Assembly: GCF_001194135.2 (NCBI RefSeq)
Contig: NC_068999.1
Span: 54,375,055 to 54,439,054, forward strand
Source of the DNA: Octopus bimaculoides
Taxonomy: Eukaryota
Reading direction: 5' to 3'
DNA length: 64,000 nt
Part shown: positions 1-13,318 of the stretch, in pieces
Numbering within the stretch: the first letter of the stretch is position 1
Layout of the letters: each line of letters opens with the position of its first letter
Translations under genes and position numbers: made by a program
Notes under the pieces: generated by a model
The model's input: the letters and a program-made list of their open reading frames with translations, nothing else
Databases searched by the model: none
Told to the model about the DNA's origin: nothing

Positions 1-450
1 GCAGTGGCCAGAACATCCTGGAACAAAATGATAAAAAAAAGAATACACCTACAGACAAAATTGACCATATTGACACTGATTGGTCAAAACTGATTGGTGG
101 AAGTTAAAAATTTAAATAGTCACCAAGTTAAAACACAACCAGCCACATATTGTTGTGTGGGAAAAGATCTGTTCTGTTGTGGAAATCAGCTGCTTTTGGA
201 CACCAATGTTGTTAGAAAAATACAAGAGAAAGAGGACATCTATGGACCATTGATAAGGAGTTTGCAAATTCAGTACCCAAGATACACTTTCAGCTTCATA
301 CCTGTTATAATTGGAGCAACAGGATACATACCAACCCATCTGGAGTAAAGTATGACTGAACTTGGAATCTTAGGGAGAGAATGCAAGTCCTTAATCCATA
401 AGCCACAAATCTGGGACTACGAAAATCTTCAAGACCTTCTTAAGATTTAG
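1..450 (+). mobile_element. 3' fragment of a non-LTR retrotransposon with restriction-like endonuclease (R2/R4/Dong-like), degenerate
   Basis: ORF 94..348 EKEDIYGPL...FIPVIIGATG resembles the EK..KY..L...PVIIGALG C-terminus of RLE-type LINEs; in-frame stops follow. Confidence 0.5.
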
Positions 451-1989
451 AGTGTGATGGTTAAAACAAGACACCTTCCTTCACAACCTTGCTGCTTCGG
501 AGGTGGCCAGTCAAAATTTATTCTAAATTTAAAAGAGAAAAAGAACATATGTACGTACATACATACATACATACATGCATGCATGACAGGCTTCCAACCA
601 AATTCACTCACAAGGCATTGATCAGCTTGGGGATATAGTAGAAGGCATACGCCCAATGTGCCATGCAGTAGGACAGAACCCACAATCACATAGTTGCAAA
701 GTGAGCTTCTTAACCACACAGCCATGCCTGCCATAAACAACGTTATATTAATTTAGCATTAATATCTTTAGAATCAACACGAAGGAAAATAAATGTAGCA
801 AAAGCAATGAGAAATATGGTGAAGAATTTTTCAACCCCAAAAACCAATTTCCTAACTGGAATCCTTAAATTTCTCTCTTGGAATCCTGCATATGATTAAA
901 CATAAAGAACTGAATGAATAAATAATTAAATAAATAACGAAATAAATAAATAAAACAAGGCTAGGTTGCAGGGTGTGGGAAGCCCGAAAACTTTATCTAT
1001 TCAGTGAGGATCAGTACACACCCAATCACTCATCACCACCACACATCATCCTTCATCTCACACACACACACACACACACCTCCCAACAGAATAATAGCAA
1101 ATTTTTTTTCATGATTCATTACTATTATCTCTCTTTTCAATCTCAGCTCTTAAACCCCACCTTACCTTCCATCTTGATCAAAAGATTCTCCACAGAAAAT
1201 ATTGCCCTCCCCACTCCATGGACAACTACACACCTACCAAAAGAGAAAGAAAAAATAATGGAGAATGGATCTAATCACTCTTTTACACACATAAACTCTC
1301 TCTCTCTCTCTATCTCACACACACACACACACACATTGTCACTTGAAACAACAATAGGGACTGATTTTACTACCATTAAAATACCACCTCTCTCCCCTCT
1401 CCCTCACACACACACACACACACACATAAAAGCACTTCAATCTGTTGTAGAAAGATAGCATGCTTGATGGGGGAGTCTGTGGCACTGCATAGAGTGTAGT
1501 GGTGAGGGGGGAGTCAAAATACATTATGTATCCAATTGTATGGTGAGGTGGAGTGGTTTTGACAGAGTTGGTGATGTTAATGGTCTTGGTAGTAAATTTC
1601 ATGTAAATGATAATTAGGTTTGCACAGGTGAATCATATAAACCATCAGATTCTTCCCAGTTGCTATCTTTCCACCCCTCTCTCTTTCTACTCTACATGTC
1701 TCTCTCTCCCTCTCTCTTTCTTTCACACACACACAGTGCTGTATTTATTATTACTTTGTATGTGCAGCTTAATGGCAAAATCTTTAGAGCAGTGATAAAA
1801 ACGCCTTGTTTTGGCTCTTTACATGCTGAGTTCAAATACCATCATGATCAACTTTGCTTTTCATCCTTTGGGGTTCATAACATGAAGTACAAGTTATAAA
1901 CTGGAATTGATTTAATTAACTCCTCAGAACTGCTAGCCTTGTGCAGAAATCAAAAATTACAACTGTAGTCATGGCTGTTGCCAGTGTCA

Positions 1990-2200
1990 TGTAATGGCAC
2001 CTGTGCCAGTGGCACGTTAAAGGCACCCATTATACTCTCAGACTAGTTGGTGTTAGGAGGGACATCCAGCTGTAGAAACCATGCCAAATCAGACTGGAAC
2101 CTGGTGCAGCTCTCTGGCTTACCAGTTCCAGTCAAACCATCTAACCCATGCCAGCATGGAAAGCAGACGTTAAATGGTGGTAATGATGATGATGATGAAT
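1990..2200 (+). repeat. LINE-tail-like dispersed repeat ending in (GAT)n. Others (approximate): 9300-9380(-), 16870-17030(-), 20280-20470(+), 24960-25230(-), 39865-40050(+), 56385-56520(+)
   Basis: Recurrent GGTTGGC.TTAGGAAGGGCATCCAGCTGTAGAAACC...AACCCATGCCAGCATGGAAA..GACGTTAAATGATGATG. Confidence 0.7.
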
Positions 2201-2644
2201 AGTGGTTTGGGACAATTGTTAGACCTTTAGGCAAAATGCCTATTTGTTCCAGCTCTTTACATACTGAATTCAAATCCAGCCAAGAATGAACTTTATTTTT
2301 CACCCTTTTGGTGTTGATTAGGTAAAATAAAGTTTTGGGGTAAATTTAATTGACTAATCCCTCCCATAAAATAAGTACCAGTTGTGTACTGGTGTTAGTG
2401 TGATCAACTTTACTCTTGGGTAGGGATATAAAAACTGCACTCATCTACCAAGCCATATCAAGTCAGTGTGGCAGAACAGGCTCATCAAACCAGCTCAAAT
2501 TAACAGCCTCCACATCGAACCCTGGTTGGTGAAGTGAATATGCTGAAGTCTTCATCCTGCAGTAGACTGAACACAAGCAATCTAATCCAATCCAATCCAA
2601 CACTTCCCACCAAAATTTCTTACCTTGCGTCTACATTAGACATT

Positions 2645-3008
2645 CTTTTATTTGTTTCAGTCTTTTGACTACGGCCATGCTGGAGCACCACCTTGAAGGG
2701 TTTCATCGAACAGATCAACCCCCAGGACTTATTCTTTGTAAGCCTACTACTGTTTCAATCAGTCTCTTTTGCCAAACTGCTAAGTTATGGGGACATAAAC
2801 ACACCAGCATTGGTTGTCAAGCAGTGGCAGGGGGGGACAAACACAAACACACAATGGGCTCCTTTCAGGTTCCATTAACCAAATCCACTCACAAGGCTTT
2901 GGTCAGCCTAAGGCTTTAGTAGAAGACACTTGCTCAAGGTGCCATACAGTGGGACTGAACCCAGAAGCATGTGGTTTGGAGGCAAGCTTCTTACCACACA
3001 GCCATGAA
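2645..3008 (-). repeat. tRNA-derived SINE family A, representative copy. Other copies or fragments (approximate): 587-733(-), 6900-7050(-), 7138-7530(+), 18525-18895(-), 20045-20250(-), 20815-21180(-), 22420-22600(+), 28255-28445(+), 29765-30225(-), 41769-42036(+), 42660-43015(-), 47010-47310(+), 55575-55995(-), 62460-62595(-)
   Basis: Recurrent head GGCATGGCTGTGTGGTAAGAAGCTTGCT..GGTTCAGTCCCACTG (A/B-box-like), central AC/TA microsatellite, and tail GCTCCAGCATGGCC..GACTGAAACAAGTAAAAG. Confidence 0.85.
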
Positions 3009-3060
3009 TGGTTATTCTATACACACCAACACCGATTATACTGGTATTCAAGTGAGTAAA

Positions 3061-5350
3061 ATCAGGACGTGTTACATGTAATGTATTAGCACACGCTCAG
3101 GAAAGGAAAGAAAGATGGTTTAATGTTTCGAGCATAAACTCTTCTTCAGAAACAGAGATTCGAGATTCCATTATTTATAAGTTTCACAGGGTAATTTTGT
3201 TCTTGTAAGAAGCTTTTGAGTTCATCAAGTCTAATTTAGCATATTTGTGAGTCAGTTACTATGATGCAGCTGCATTTTGCCATATTGTATGGGTTGTTCC
3301 TTTTGATGTGTGAGGGGGTGACAAGAGTAGAAGTTTAAGTATTGGTGTGTGTCTGTGTTTTTGTAAAATGTGTCTGTTGTGACAGTGGAGTTGTGTATTT
3401 TGCTGTGAATATCTAGGAATGGTAGTTTATTGTAGCTGGTTTCTGTTTTGAATTTGATAGATGAGTGCAGTGTATTGAGGGTGTTGTGAAATGTTTGTAG
3501 GTCTTACTTTGGTCTATCGCAAAAAAGAAGCAGTCATCGAGGTAGTGCTTCCACTTCTTCACAATGTTTTCTTTGAAGTTGTGGTCAAAGGTTTTTCCTA
3601 CTTCCTCATAAAGTCTGCCTTCTAGGTAACTCATGACTTGGTTGGCATATGAGAGTGCAAATTTTGTACCCATAGCCATGCCCTTTAACTGTTGGTATAT
3701 CTTATAATAAGATCTGAAGATGTTTTCTTCTAGTACTAGACGAGTGGCTTTGGCAATGAAGGCTGTTTTGAAACGTTCATCTATACATCCTCTGTGTTTC
3801 TCTACCCAGTGTTTGACCACTTCCAGGCCTAAGGTATGCAGTATGTTGGTATAGAGGTTAGTGAAGTCAAAACTTGCAAGTATAGTACCTTAAGGGATGT
3901 GTTTGAGAAAGTTCATGTCATCCCATATATAACGGGGTATTAATAGGCATAAGGATTTGAAGAGTATGTCCAAGAGGCGACTCACTTGTTGTGTTGGGGC
4001 TTAGGGTCTAGCGACTATCAGTCTCATTTTGAGGTCTATGGGTCTTTGTATTTTTACATATTGACTCTTCTGTTCATTTATGGCCTTCTGTATCTCGGGA
4101 CATTTGTGAATTTTGGGCAATCTGTAGAAATTGCTCTCTATGATTATGGAGTTGCATAGGTAGTCCTTTTCTTTATCTGTGAAGGAGTCCTGGTATTCAT
4201 TAATAAATGTTCTGATTTTGTTCAGTGTTTTTTCCAGAAGTCTTGATTCTTCTTTATAGTATATTTGATCTGTTAAATTTCTAGTATTTTTTCTTTGTAG
4301 TAGTCTGTGTCCATAATTACTATCGCCCCCACCCTTGTTGGCTTCCTTTAGCATAATTGAATTGTCATTCTTTAGCCTTTGTAAAGCTTCCTTTTCTCCT
4401 TCATGAAGGTTCTGTTCGCATTTATGGGTACTGAGAGGGAATTTCAAGATTGTTTCTATATATGTATCTAGGTGTTATTGCTCCCCTTGTAGGGTGTGAA
4501 ATGAGATCTTTTCTTACAATTGATTCGTCCTCTACATTCTTGTTGTTGAAGAAATCTATACGACAGAGGTGACGGTTGAAGTTCTCAATATCGGTTTTTA
4601 ATTCTATGAGATTCGGAGTAGGTGTCAGGGTAAATTTGAAACCTTTTAGTAAGAAACTTATTTAATTTTCATTGAGGTCTCTATTTCATAAGTATATAAT
4701 TTTACGGTCTCTGTGTTTTGTGGGTTCATTAGGAACTTCTGTTGTATTGGGTCTGGAGCGTGGTTGTGGCATTTTCTCCCTAAAAAAGGGGTTGTATTGT
4801 GATGTCTCTAATTTCTATTTCTAGGGTTCAATTTCTATTTCTGGGGTTTCAGTTGCTATTTCTGGGATTCGGGCTTCCTTGTGATTGAGGGAACAGTTCA
4901 TGTTGTCTGTATATATTTCATTGTTCATAGTAGTTGTCTTCTTCCCATCTACGTTTGTTGCGTCATGTAGGATTGGTCTTCATATATTGTAGGTTTCTTG
5001 AGTTTTCATTATGATTTTTTATATTATAGTTTCTGTGTTGTTTGTTCCACACTTGTCTTTCGTCTCATGTGTTCATCCATCTAGGTCGTCCAGTATCATG
5101 GGTTAATGGTTGTCTGTATTTTGCTTGTCTTACATATGAAGGGATATATAAAATATCCCAGAAACAGCTGTAAGACCTTCTATTTATAAATGTAGTGAAA
5201 TCTTTCAGAGCCTTAGATTTTTATCGCATTCTGTTAATCTTTTTATATATACACGTGCTGATATATGACCTACGTTGGACTCTTCATTCGCATAATCACC
5301 GAACCTGGAGCTTAACTATAGTCTGTCCATAGCACTTACTAAGCATTACC
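3061..5350 (-). mobile_element. Penelope-like element (PLE) remnant, RT pseudogene
   Basis: ORFs 4001..4447 (EALQRLKNDNSIMLKEANKG) and 3413..3820 (KGMAMGTKFALSYAN...WKHYLDDCF) are PLE RT motifs broken by frameshifts; hammerhead-like terminus at 3118-3153; boundaries approximate. Confidence 0.75.
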
Positions 5351-5963
5351 TGACACTTTTGAGATTTCTTGAAACCATTACCTCTCATAACCTATATATA
5401 TATATATATATATATACTCACACACACATATATACATGCACATACACACATATATTATATTTACATATACATATATACACACACATATATTGTATGTGCC
5501 TATATGCACATGTGTGTTTACATATATATTATATATATATGTGAGTGTGTGCTTGATTTTATTACATAGGTGACAATAACTTAACACAATTAACAAATAT
5601 ACCACACCCTTCGTTTCATTGTTGATTTGAGGTTTGAATGAAACAGTATAGCTCTCAATTTCACACACACATGCACACGTACACACACACATGCACACCT
5701 AAACACAAAAAACCCACACACACATAAATGCAAACATATTCACTAGTGTACATACATTTTCTGAAAGGGATGGAGTGGTGGGGGTACAATTAGATTGCAC
5801 AATTATAGGAGAACAGCTATAGCTGATCTTTCTTTCCATATATAGAAGTACATTTCCCTGGTAGGTATTTTTTGTTATATTTTTTGTTCTATTTTTTGTT
5901 CTATATATTTTATTTTTTATTTAAACTCCTGACAAAAGAGAATGAGAGAAAAAAGAGAATGAG

Positions 5964-5994
<31 letters not shown>

Positions 5995-6851
5995 CACTTA
6001 GCAACCAATGAAAAAAATTTATGACATCGAGAAATAATTCAAATATTTGAGCAATAAAATATGGTCATGTTATGATTTTTCACAATCTTTTTTTTTCCTT
6101 CCTGATATCTTTTGTTTTTTAGTCATTAAATCTGGTACACTTAATGAAGAAATCTCCTTGATAATGAGTGTATGATTCTTGCCATATTGAAATAACACAA
6201 AGGAGCCATTCGATTTTATAGTTTTCTATTGTCATGAGAGCTATATTATAAAAGTAGACCTGCAGACTTCAAGCAAGCTGTGTTTGCTTACAACTTGGTT
6301 TCAATTCCCAGTTGGAACCACTTGACTTCTTGTCCATAGTCAGTACCAATGCCATTGGGAAAATCATAAATGTCACTCCTTATTACCCTGCCCTTATAAA
6401 TTTGAATGGTCTCTCATCTTCTCTCCCTTCCCTTCTCTCTCCTTCCACTCTCCCTTTTCCCTATCTTTCTTCCCATTTATACCCCTTTTCTCTGTAGAAA
6501 TCTTTTCTCATTCATACATCAATAAAATCATTCAACAAAAATGATAAAGATAAAAAATTTTAAAATTACAGAGTGTACTGGGTGTATTTTATCAGGGTAT
6601 TAGCGCTAAAATGGATGTCATGTCCTTGACTTGTGTGTTTTTTAAATGGCTTATAAACACTTTCCACACTGCAATTGATTTTGTTTCAGCACATGATCTC
6701 AGATCAGGTCACTTGCTATGCAAGTACATCTCCTTAATATATTTTATTAGTGGCCAGCATATAAAAAAACCTTTTAGTTAAAATACATTTATAGAGATAT
6801 ATAAAATACATTTATACAATTGTACCCTAAAGAATTATATATCTCTATTAA

Positions 6852-6889
<38 letters not shown>

Positions 6890-7639
6890 TTAATCTTTTA
6901 TTTGTTTCAGTCATCAACCCCAATATTTATTTTTTTAAAAAAGCCTGGTACGTATTCTATCAGTCACTTTTGCCGAACTGCTCAGTTACAGGCACATAAA
7001 CACATCGACACCAGTTGTCAAGCAGTGGTGGTAGACAAACACAAACACAAATACATGCATACAGGCACTTACACACACACATGCATACACACAAATACAT
7101 ATGTACTACATGTGTGTATATATATATATATAGATGTAGGCATGGCTGTGTGGCAAGAATCTTGCTTCACAAGCAAATGGTTCCAGTCCCATTGCACAGC
7201 ACCTTGTGCAAGTGTCTTCTACTATAGCCTCGGGCTGACCAAATCCTTGTGAGTGGATTTGGTAGATGGAAACTGAAAGAAGACCCTCGTATATATATGT
7301 ATATATCTATGTGTGTATGTCTTTGTGTCTGTATTTGTCCCTCCATCACTGCTTGACAACCAGTGTTGGTGGGTTTTCATCCCCATAATTTAGCTGTTCA
7401 GCAAAAGAGTTGACTAGAATAAGGACCAAACTTAACAAAATAAGTCCTTGGGTCAATTTGTTCAACTAAAATCCTTCAAGACAGTGCTCCAGCATGACCA
7501 CAGTCAAATGATTGAAACAAAAGAAAAGAATATATATATACGATGGGCTTCTTTCAGTTCTGTCTTCCAAATCCACTCACAATTTATATAGAGCAAGTAA
7601 TAACACATTTGCACAGCTTCTTAACAATACCATTACACA

Positions 7640-8885
7640 AACATACAGGAAGGCTTCTCCTCAAACTTATGATAGTGTTTAACATGAGGCCAGAGATATA
7701 GTGATTAAACTAGGCATAGAAAGTAAGGTAGAGACACTTGCAAAGAAAGAGGCCCTCATATCAATCAAGTATCATAAACCACACTTGGCCTCTAACCCCA
7801 TGTGCTGGTTGATAAACCCTGCAAAGTCTGAGATTGGACAGGTGAGCAAATGGCTAATCAGGAAGATCAGCAACGGTGTTCAAAATGCCTCTGACTTTTC
7901 CCTGAGGTCATTACATGGTTTAAAACCAGTAGCGGAAGGGGTAGAGCTAGGTTTACCCAATTTGATATAATGCATTTCTACCCATCTATATCAAACGAGC
8001 TCCTTTTTAAGGCATTGGACCTTGCTAGGGCTTACACTGAAGTCAGTGACAAGGACATACACATTATCATGCACACCAGAAGAACCCTACTCTTCAGTAA
8101 GGGGTTGGCCTGGGCCAAGAGAACTGATCCAGCAGGCTCCTTCAACATGGCAATGGGTGCCTTCGACAGTGCTGATGTGTGTGAGCTTGTCGGTTTCTTC
8201 ATCCTAAATGTATTCAAAAGGAAATTCCCTTCAACTCACTTTGGCCTCTACAGGGATAATACGCAGGTAATAACAAGAGGGGTAAATGGCCATATGCTAA
8301 GTAGGCTTAGAAAGGACCTTACCAGCACCATTAACTCCCTTACACTGAAGATCACAATAGAAACCAACCTGAAAATGGTGGATTTCCTTGATGTGATCCT
8401 GGACTTGGAATCTGGTGTCTATAGAACCTTTACGAAGCCAAACAAGAAGCTATCAGACATTAACACAGGTTCCTGTCATCCAGCCATAGTGTTCAAGAAC
8501 CTGATAAAGTGTTCCAGCAGTAGCATTTCCAGCTTATCTTCAAGCAAAGAGATTTTTGATGCTGCTGTCCTGTAGTACAATGAGGCACTGGCTGCTAGCA
8601 GTTTCAAGGACAGGATTAGTTACGGGTCAGAACCTAACCCCTCCAAGCGAGGTGACACCAGAAAGTGTTGTGGTTCACACCACCCTTTTCTTTAAATGTT
8701 AAGACCCAAGCAGCTAAGATTTTTCTTAGCTTAGTTGATAATCACTTCCCCTATACAAATAGATTTAGCAAAATATTGAATAAGCATACCCTGAGAATCA
8801 TCTTTAGCTGTGCACTGAATGTAAAAAGGATTTTAGAAAGTAGGCCCACACCCAAGACAGAGGCAGGGTGCTCATATAGGTGGAG
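7640..8885 (+). mobile_element. Second, unrelated Penelope-like RT remnant
   Basis: ORFs 7701..7970 (ISIKYHKPH...LINPAKSEIG) and 7970..8575 (FYPSI...MAMGAFDSADVCELVG...GLYRDN...VDFLDV); catalytic YRDD degraded to YRDN; stops downstream. Confidence 0.72.
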
Positions 8886-9559
8886 GTAGGAAAATCACTA
8901 AAGCCTGGATATTAAAAGTAATTCAAGGGAGGTAACGTCGGATCTAGTTATAAAAAGTTACTTCCCAAATAAGTAACAGCATCGAAACTTCAAGTTTACC
9001 AGTAAACCACAAAAATTGCACGACATTCACATTAACGTTTGCAGTTTCTTTTGTTTACAACCCCACCTTCAACTGACACACATATACACATACAGTGGTG
9101 TATCTGTTGATATGTGAAAAAACGAATTGCAGCCTTATATTTAATACACATATATTAATCTTCGCTGTGAAAACAGACATCCACCAATAAACCACATTAA
9201 TCTTAGCAACTTGGAAAGATGAAAATGTTTCAGATTTCAGTGAAGCCAAAATTACTTTGCACTCTACTGCTATGTATAGTTGACGAAAAGGCCAACTACC
9301 ACAGAACATCATCATCATTGTCGTCGTATTTGTTACCATTTGACGTCTATTTTCTATGCTGGCATGGGTTGGGGAAATCATTTCTTATTTGGAATTACAG
9401 TCTATATAGATGTATTGGAAGACTCCATCTCGCCCTCTCATTCTATTTTCTTGAAGTTTCTATGGCTAGTTGCCCTTCTAAATGCAACCATGTTTCAGAG
9501 TGTACCATGGCCTTAGCACTAAAGAGATTGTTGTCCTCAGCATGACCAATTCTCAGATG

Positions 9560-9960
9560 ACATTAGCATTCTGTTTTCTTTTCTGCTAACTAAAAACTTT
9601 TGTTTTTGGTAATTTAACTTTTAGATATCTCAATTTTTGACCTTGCTTCCATGTTTAGAGCTTGTCCTTCAAGTCTTGAACTAATTTGGATATAAAAACT
9701 ACATTGTCGTACGGGTAACCTGTTGTGGCCTGGCAAACTATGATAAATAACAGGTGGAGAACGAAGCCCTGGTGGACACCTATCTGCACACTGACACTAA
9801 ATTCCTCAATTAATTGTTAACTTTCATTGTACATGGCTTGTATGGCTATTGTAATTCATTGCACTGCCCCACTATTTTTCTTAGTGACCACCGGATGATG
9901 GAAAGAGGAACTGTGTTGAAGAACTTCTCTAAATCAATGAATGCTAGATATAATGGTTTG
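9560..9960 (-). mobile_element. RTE-like LINE reverse transcriptase fragment
   Basis: Minus strand reads YLAFIDLEK..., ...GVHQGFVL..., and a WKQ...KVKLPKTK-like segment, with frameshifts. Confidence 0.6.
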
Positions 9961-11319
9961 ATTTCAGTAAGTTTCATAATGGGGTGACCCTTACGAAGTT
10001 TCATTAAAGCAAGATGTCGCTAATTATTTTACACAAAATAATCTAAAATTTAAATCAATTAAAAACAAATTAACATGTATCATATTTATACAATGCATGA
10101 TCAATTTTTAAATTTAGAATATTTATGTTCTGTATTTAGTGAGACGCATTAAGTTTTCTTCATGAATTTTGAGGAGAGCCTTCTGAAGAACTCTGTGTAA
10201 GCTTGTAACGTTATACATTGCAAACTAAACATATAACTCAGGACACAGATGAAGGAAATAGACGAATCTCTATCGGTAAAAGATGCAGTTTATTCGATCA
10301 ACTGAATTACTTGCTCATTTAATTAACGTTTAAATGGCTTAGTATTTCACAGGGACGTGTATGCTTAGAGTATTTCTCAGAATTGGTGCGACACCATGTG
10401 CGGAAGAGCTGTACTTTTGAATCCATCCAACTGTTTTCTATACAATATTCGTCTACCTAATTTCACTCACAAGATATAGCCGAGGTTGTAGAAAATGGCA
10501 TCTGCCTAAGATGACAAGCTATATGGTCGAATCTGAGACTTTGCAGTTGTGAAACGAACTTGCTAACCATTCGACTATACTTTACCTACATGTTGAATAA
10601 TGTAGTCTGAGATAAACTATATTTTTTTAAAAAGTGGGAGATAGTCACAGGTGGAACACCTTTTATCACAGATTTACTTAATTCAGGGCAGTTTAAGAAC
10701 TAAATAACAACACTTGTTATTGAAATTATCAATATTCTTCAGAGAAAATTTATATATAGCTAGCACAAACACGAATTATAATGAATCAAGAACATCTTCC
10801 TGTAAACTGTAGAATTGTCATCAACACAGTCATGAAAGTGTAGCCGATGGATAGGCAGAATCAGTAGAGCAAAAAAAACAAAATGCTGTGCGGTATTTAA
10901 TACGGACTCTCGCGTTGTTCAAATGAAGCCATAGTCGACAAAATAAATAACCAATCTAGTATTGGGATTGGTTTATATTCCTATAATTGATCCGAAACGT
11001 GAATGGGGTTATAACTGAAGACAGAAGGCGAAAATGCTAGCGGTTAATTATCCGACAACCAGCCTCGTTGTGATTATGGTTTCTCCACCGTCGCCCTCAC
11101 ATCTATAACACATTACACAGGGGATGCATTTTCATCTTACACCGTATCGCCTTTAATCTGTAAACTATCAGTTTTTAGCTTGGGATATTTTGATTTCTTC
11201 TTTAGTTGCCTAAATGTTGATTTTAACGCTATAATGACCTGTATGATGAGTCTTTTTAAGGAGCTTTAATTTGGTATAATTGTTGTAGTCATTATTTATA
11301 TATGATAGTTTACACTAAT

Positions 11320-11382
11320 TAAGCCGAGCGCTAGCTTTTGCTTGACACAAACATTGAAGCTTTTTTTCATCTGCAACATTTG
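11320..11382 (+). promoter_or_regulatory. Putative non-coding first exon / TSS region of TAF6 (start approximate)
   Basis: Strong donor TTG|gtaagt at 11383 inside a CpG-retaining region; coding exon 1 begins at a splice acceptor, so an upstream exon is required. TSS not determined. Confidence 0.45.
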
Positions 11383-11607
11383 GTAAGTCACTATCCTAAA
11401 AACTTTCTTTGAACGTTTTTAAAATATATCTAACACATAAACGGAGCATGAAAGATTGCTTGGAAATACATGGCGTATTTTATAAATATTCATAGTTAAA
11501 ATTTCTTGAAAGCATGAAATTGTTAGCAGCTCTTTCGGTTGTGTATTAGATTGATATTTATGTCTCACTGGATGGAGTACTTTTTTGTTGATTCTACCTA
11601 TATTGGA

Positions 11608-12025
11608 GGTAATCTTCCAGTTTCGAGAGGTAATAGAAATAAATAAAAAAATATTCAAGGGAAATAACTGAACGACTTACCAGTATTATCCGTACTGCTT
11701 TTTCTCTAAAACAGCATGCGACGGAATTTTTTTTTATAAAAGTTTAAAATGTTTTTTTCTTTTTACAAACAGCATGCGATGAAATTTTTTTTTATAAAAG
11801 TTTAGGGTTAGATGTTGTGCAGCCGGTCTTCCACGAGGCATTTTCGATTTCTCATAAGAAACTATGATATTCAATCACGCGTGTGACTTACATATAACGT
11901 CAGTTAACGTCAATCAAATCACGTGATTTATTTATAAACAAAGTACGGATAATACTGGTAAGACGATCAGTTATTTCCCTTGTATTTTATTTACTTTTTT
12001 AACCTCTCGAAACTGGAAGATTACC
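11608..12025. mobile_element. MITE with long bipartite TIRs
   Basis: 24-nt perfect TIR GGTAATCTTCCAGTTTCGAGAGGT plus a 41-nt inner inverted repeat (11656-11696 / 11942-11982, 2 mismatches); internal short tandem duplication. Confidence 0.8.
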
Positions 12026-13318
12026 ATATATATATATATATATATATATAATGTGTGTGCACGCTCTTGGATGTTTTCTCGCGTTCATGTAGTTTTTTTC
12101 TTTCCCCCATATAAATAGAACTACACAATATCAAATCCATGAAAAGGGCTTTACTTTTAAATCTGGTCTATGCGAGACAACAACCAATAAAATTCGTACA
12201 CACACATGATAAGTTATTTCCCCGTTTCCATGCTAACTTCTATATTTGCTTCTGCATCTAGTATATGACAAAACTTTAATCCTTTCAATGTCGATAAAAG
12301 AAAATAAAATAAACAAGGAGTGCCGAAGATGGTGCTGACATAGTCGACTTTGTTTCTCTCTCGGAATGTCTGGCTATATGCCACTATTCACCATCCGAAC
12401 CCGAGGGTTTATACCTCGTCACCGACACAGCACTGTCAGCATTGAAGAGGTATAACTTGTTAAAGTTGTTATTATTTAGTCCCAAGTCATCCCTCAGCCA
12501 GTAGACCTATGATGAAAGGCATTCTAGTATCGATCACACCGTTTTTTCACATTGTTAGTCTCTGGTTATATTATTCTATAATTTGTTGTTTTGTTCCCCA
12601 TTACCACCACCTAAAGACAGCAGAGAATGATTTGAAAGCGAATTGACTGCTGTTTCTAGCAGATCTAATCACCACATAGATGGTCACTCATTACTCTAGT
12701 CAAGGTATGTTGAGGTTGTAGGTCTTCTACCTACACTTCACACGGTACAATGTACATTTCTACCCCAATTGCCTTATCTTTTTTGGTCAATTAAGTCTTC
12801 TTTTCTCATGCATTTTCTAAAAATGTTTCTGTTTAGTCCCAAAGTATCTAATATAATTTTGCAACTAACCATTTCATGTTGTAATTCCCTGTTAAAATTT
12901 CCTCCCTATACCCTCCTCTCTCTTGTTATACTTACTACCTTTTCTCTTCCAGACCTCACACTTTACACTTTCCTTATAGGGCCAGTCCTCTGGAATTAAC
13001 ACCACTTTCCATTCTTCCTGCAGACATCAACTTAGAAAAGTTTAAGGTGAACTTTAACTGAATTGATATCAACTGTCTCAGAGAACCTACAAAGGTTATC
13101 TGTGCTTTCTCCTTCTCCTGATCCAGGCAAAAAGAAAAACAAGGAACGTCCCATCTGAAAGAGTTTCAGTATGATTTTCCCTCCTCCTCCTTTATAGTTC
13201 CAGTAAATGGAGTGTTGCAGAGAAAGTTGCAGATACAACACGTATATATTGTTACTGAGCTCACATTATCTATGTCTGTCTATTTTTCAGATTGCTGATT
13301 TGTCAAATCTTGTCAAGA

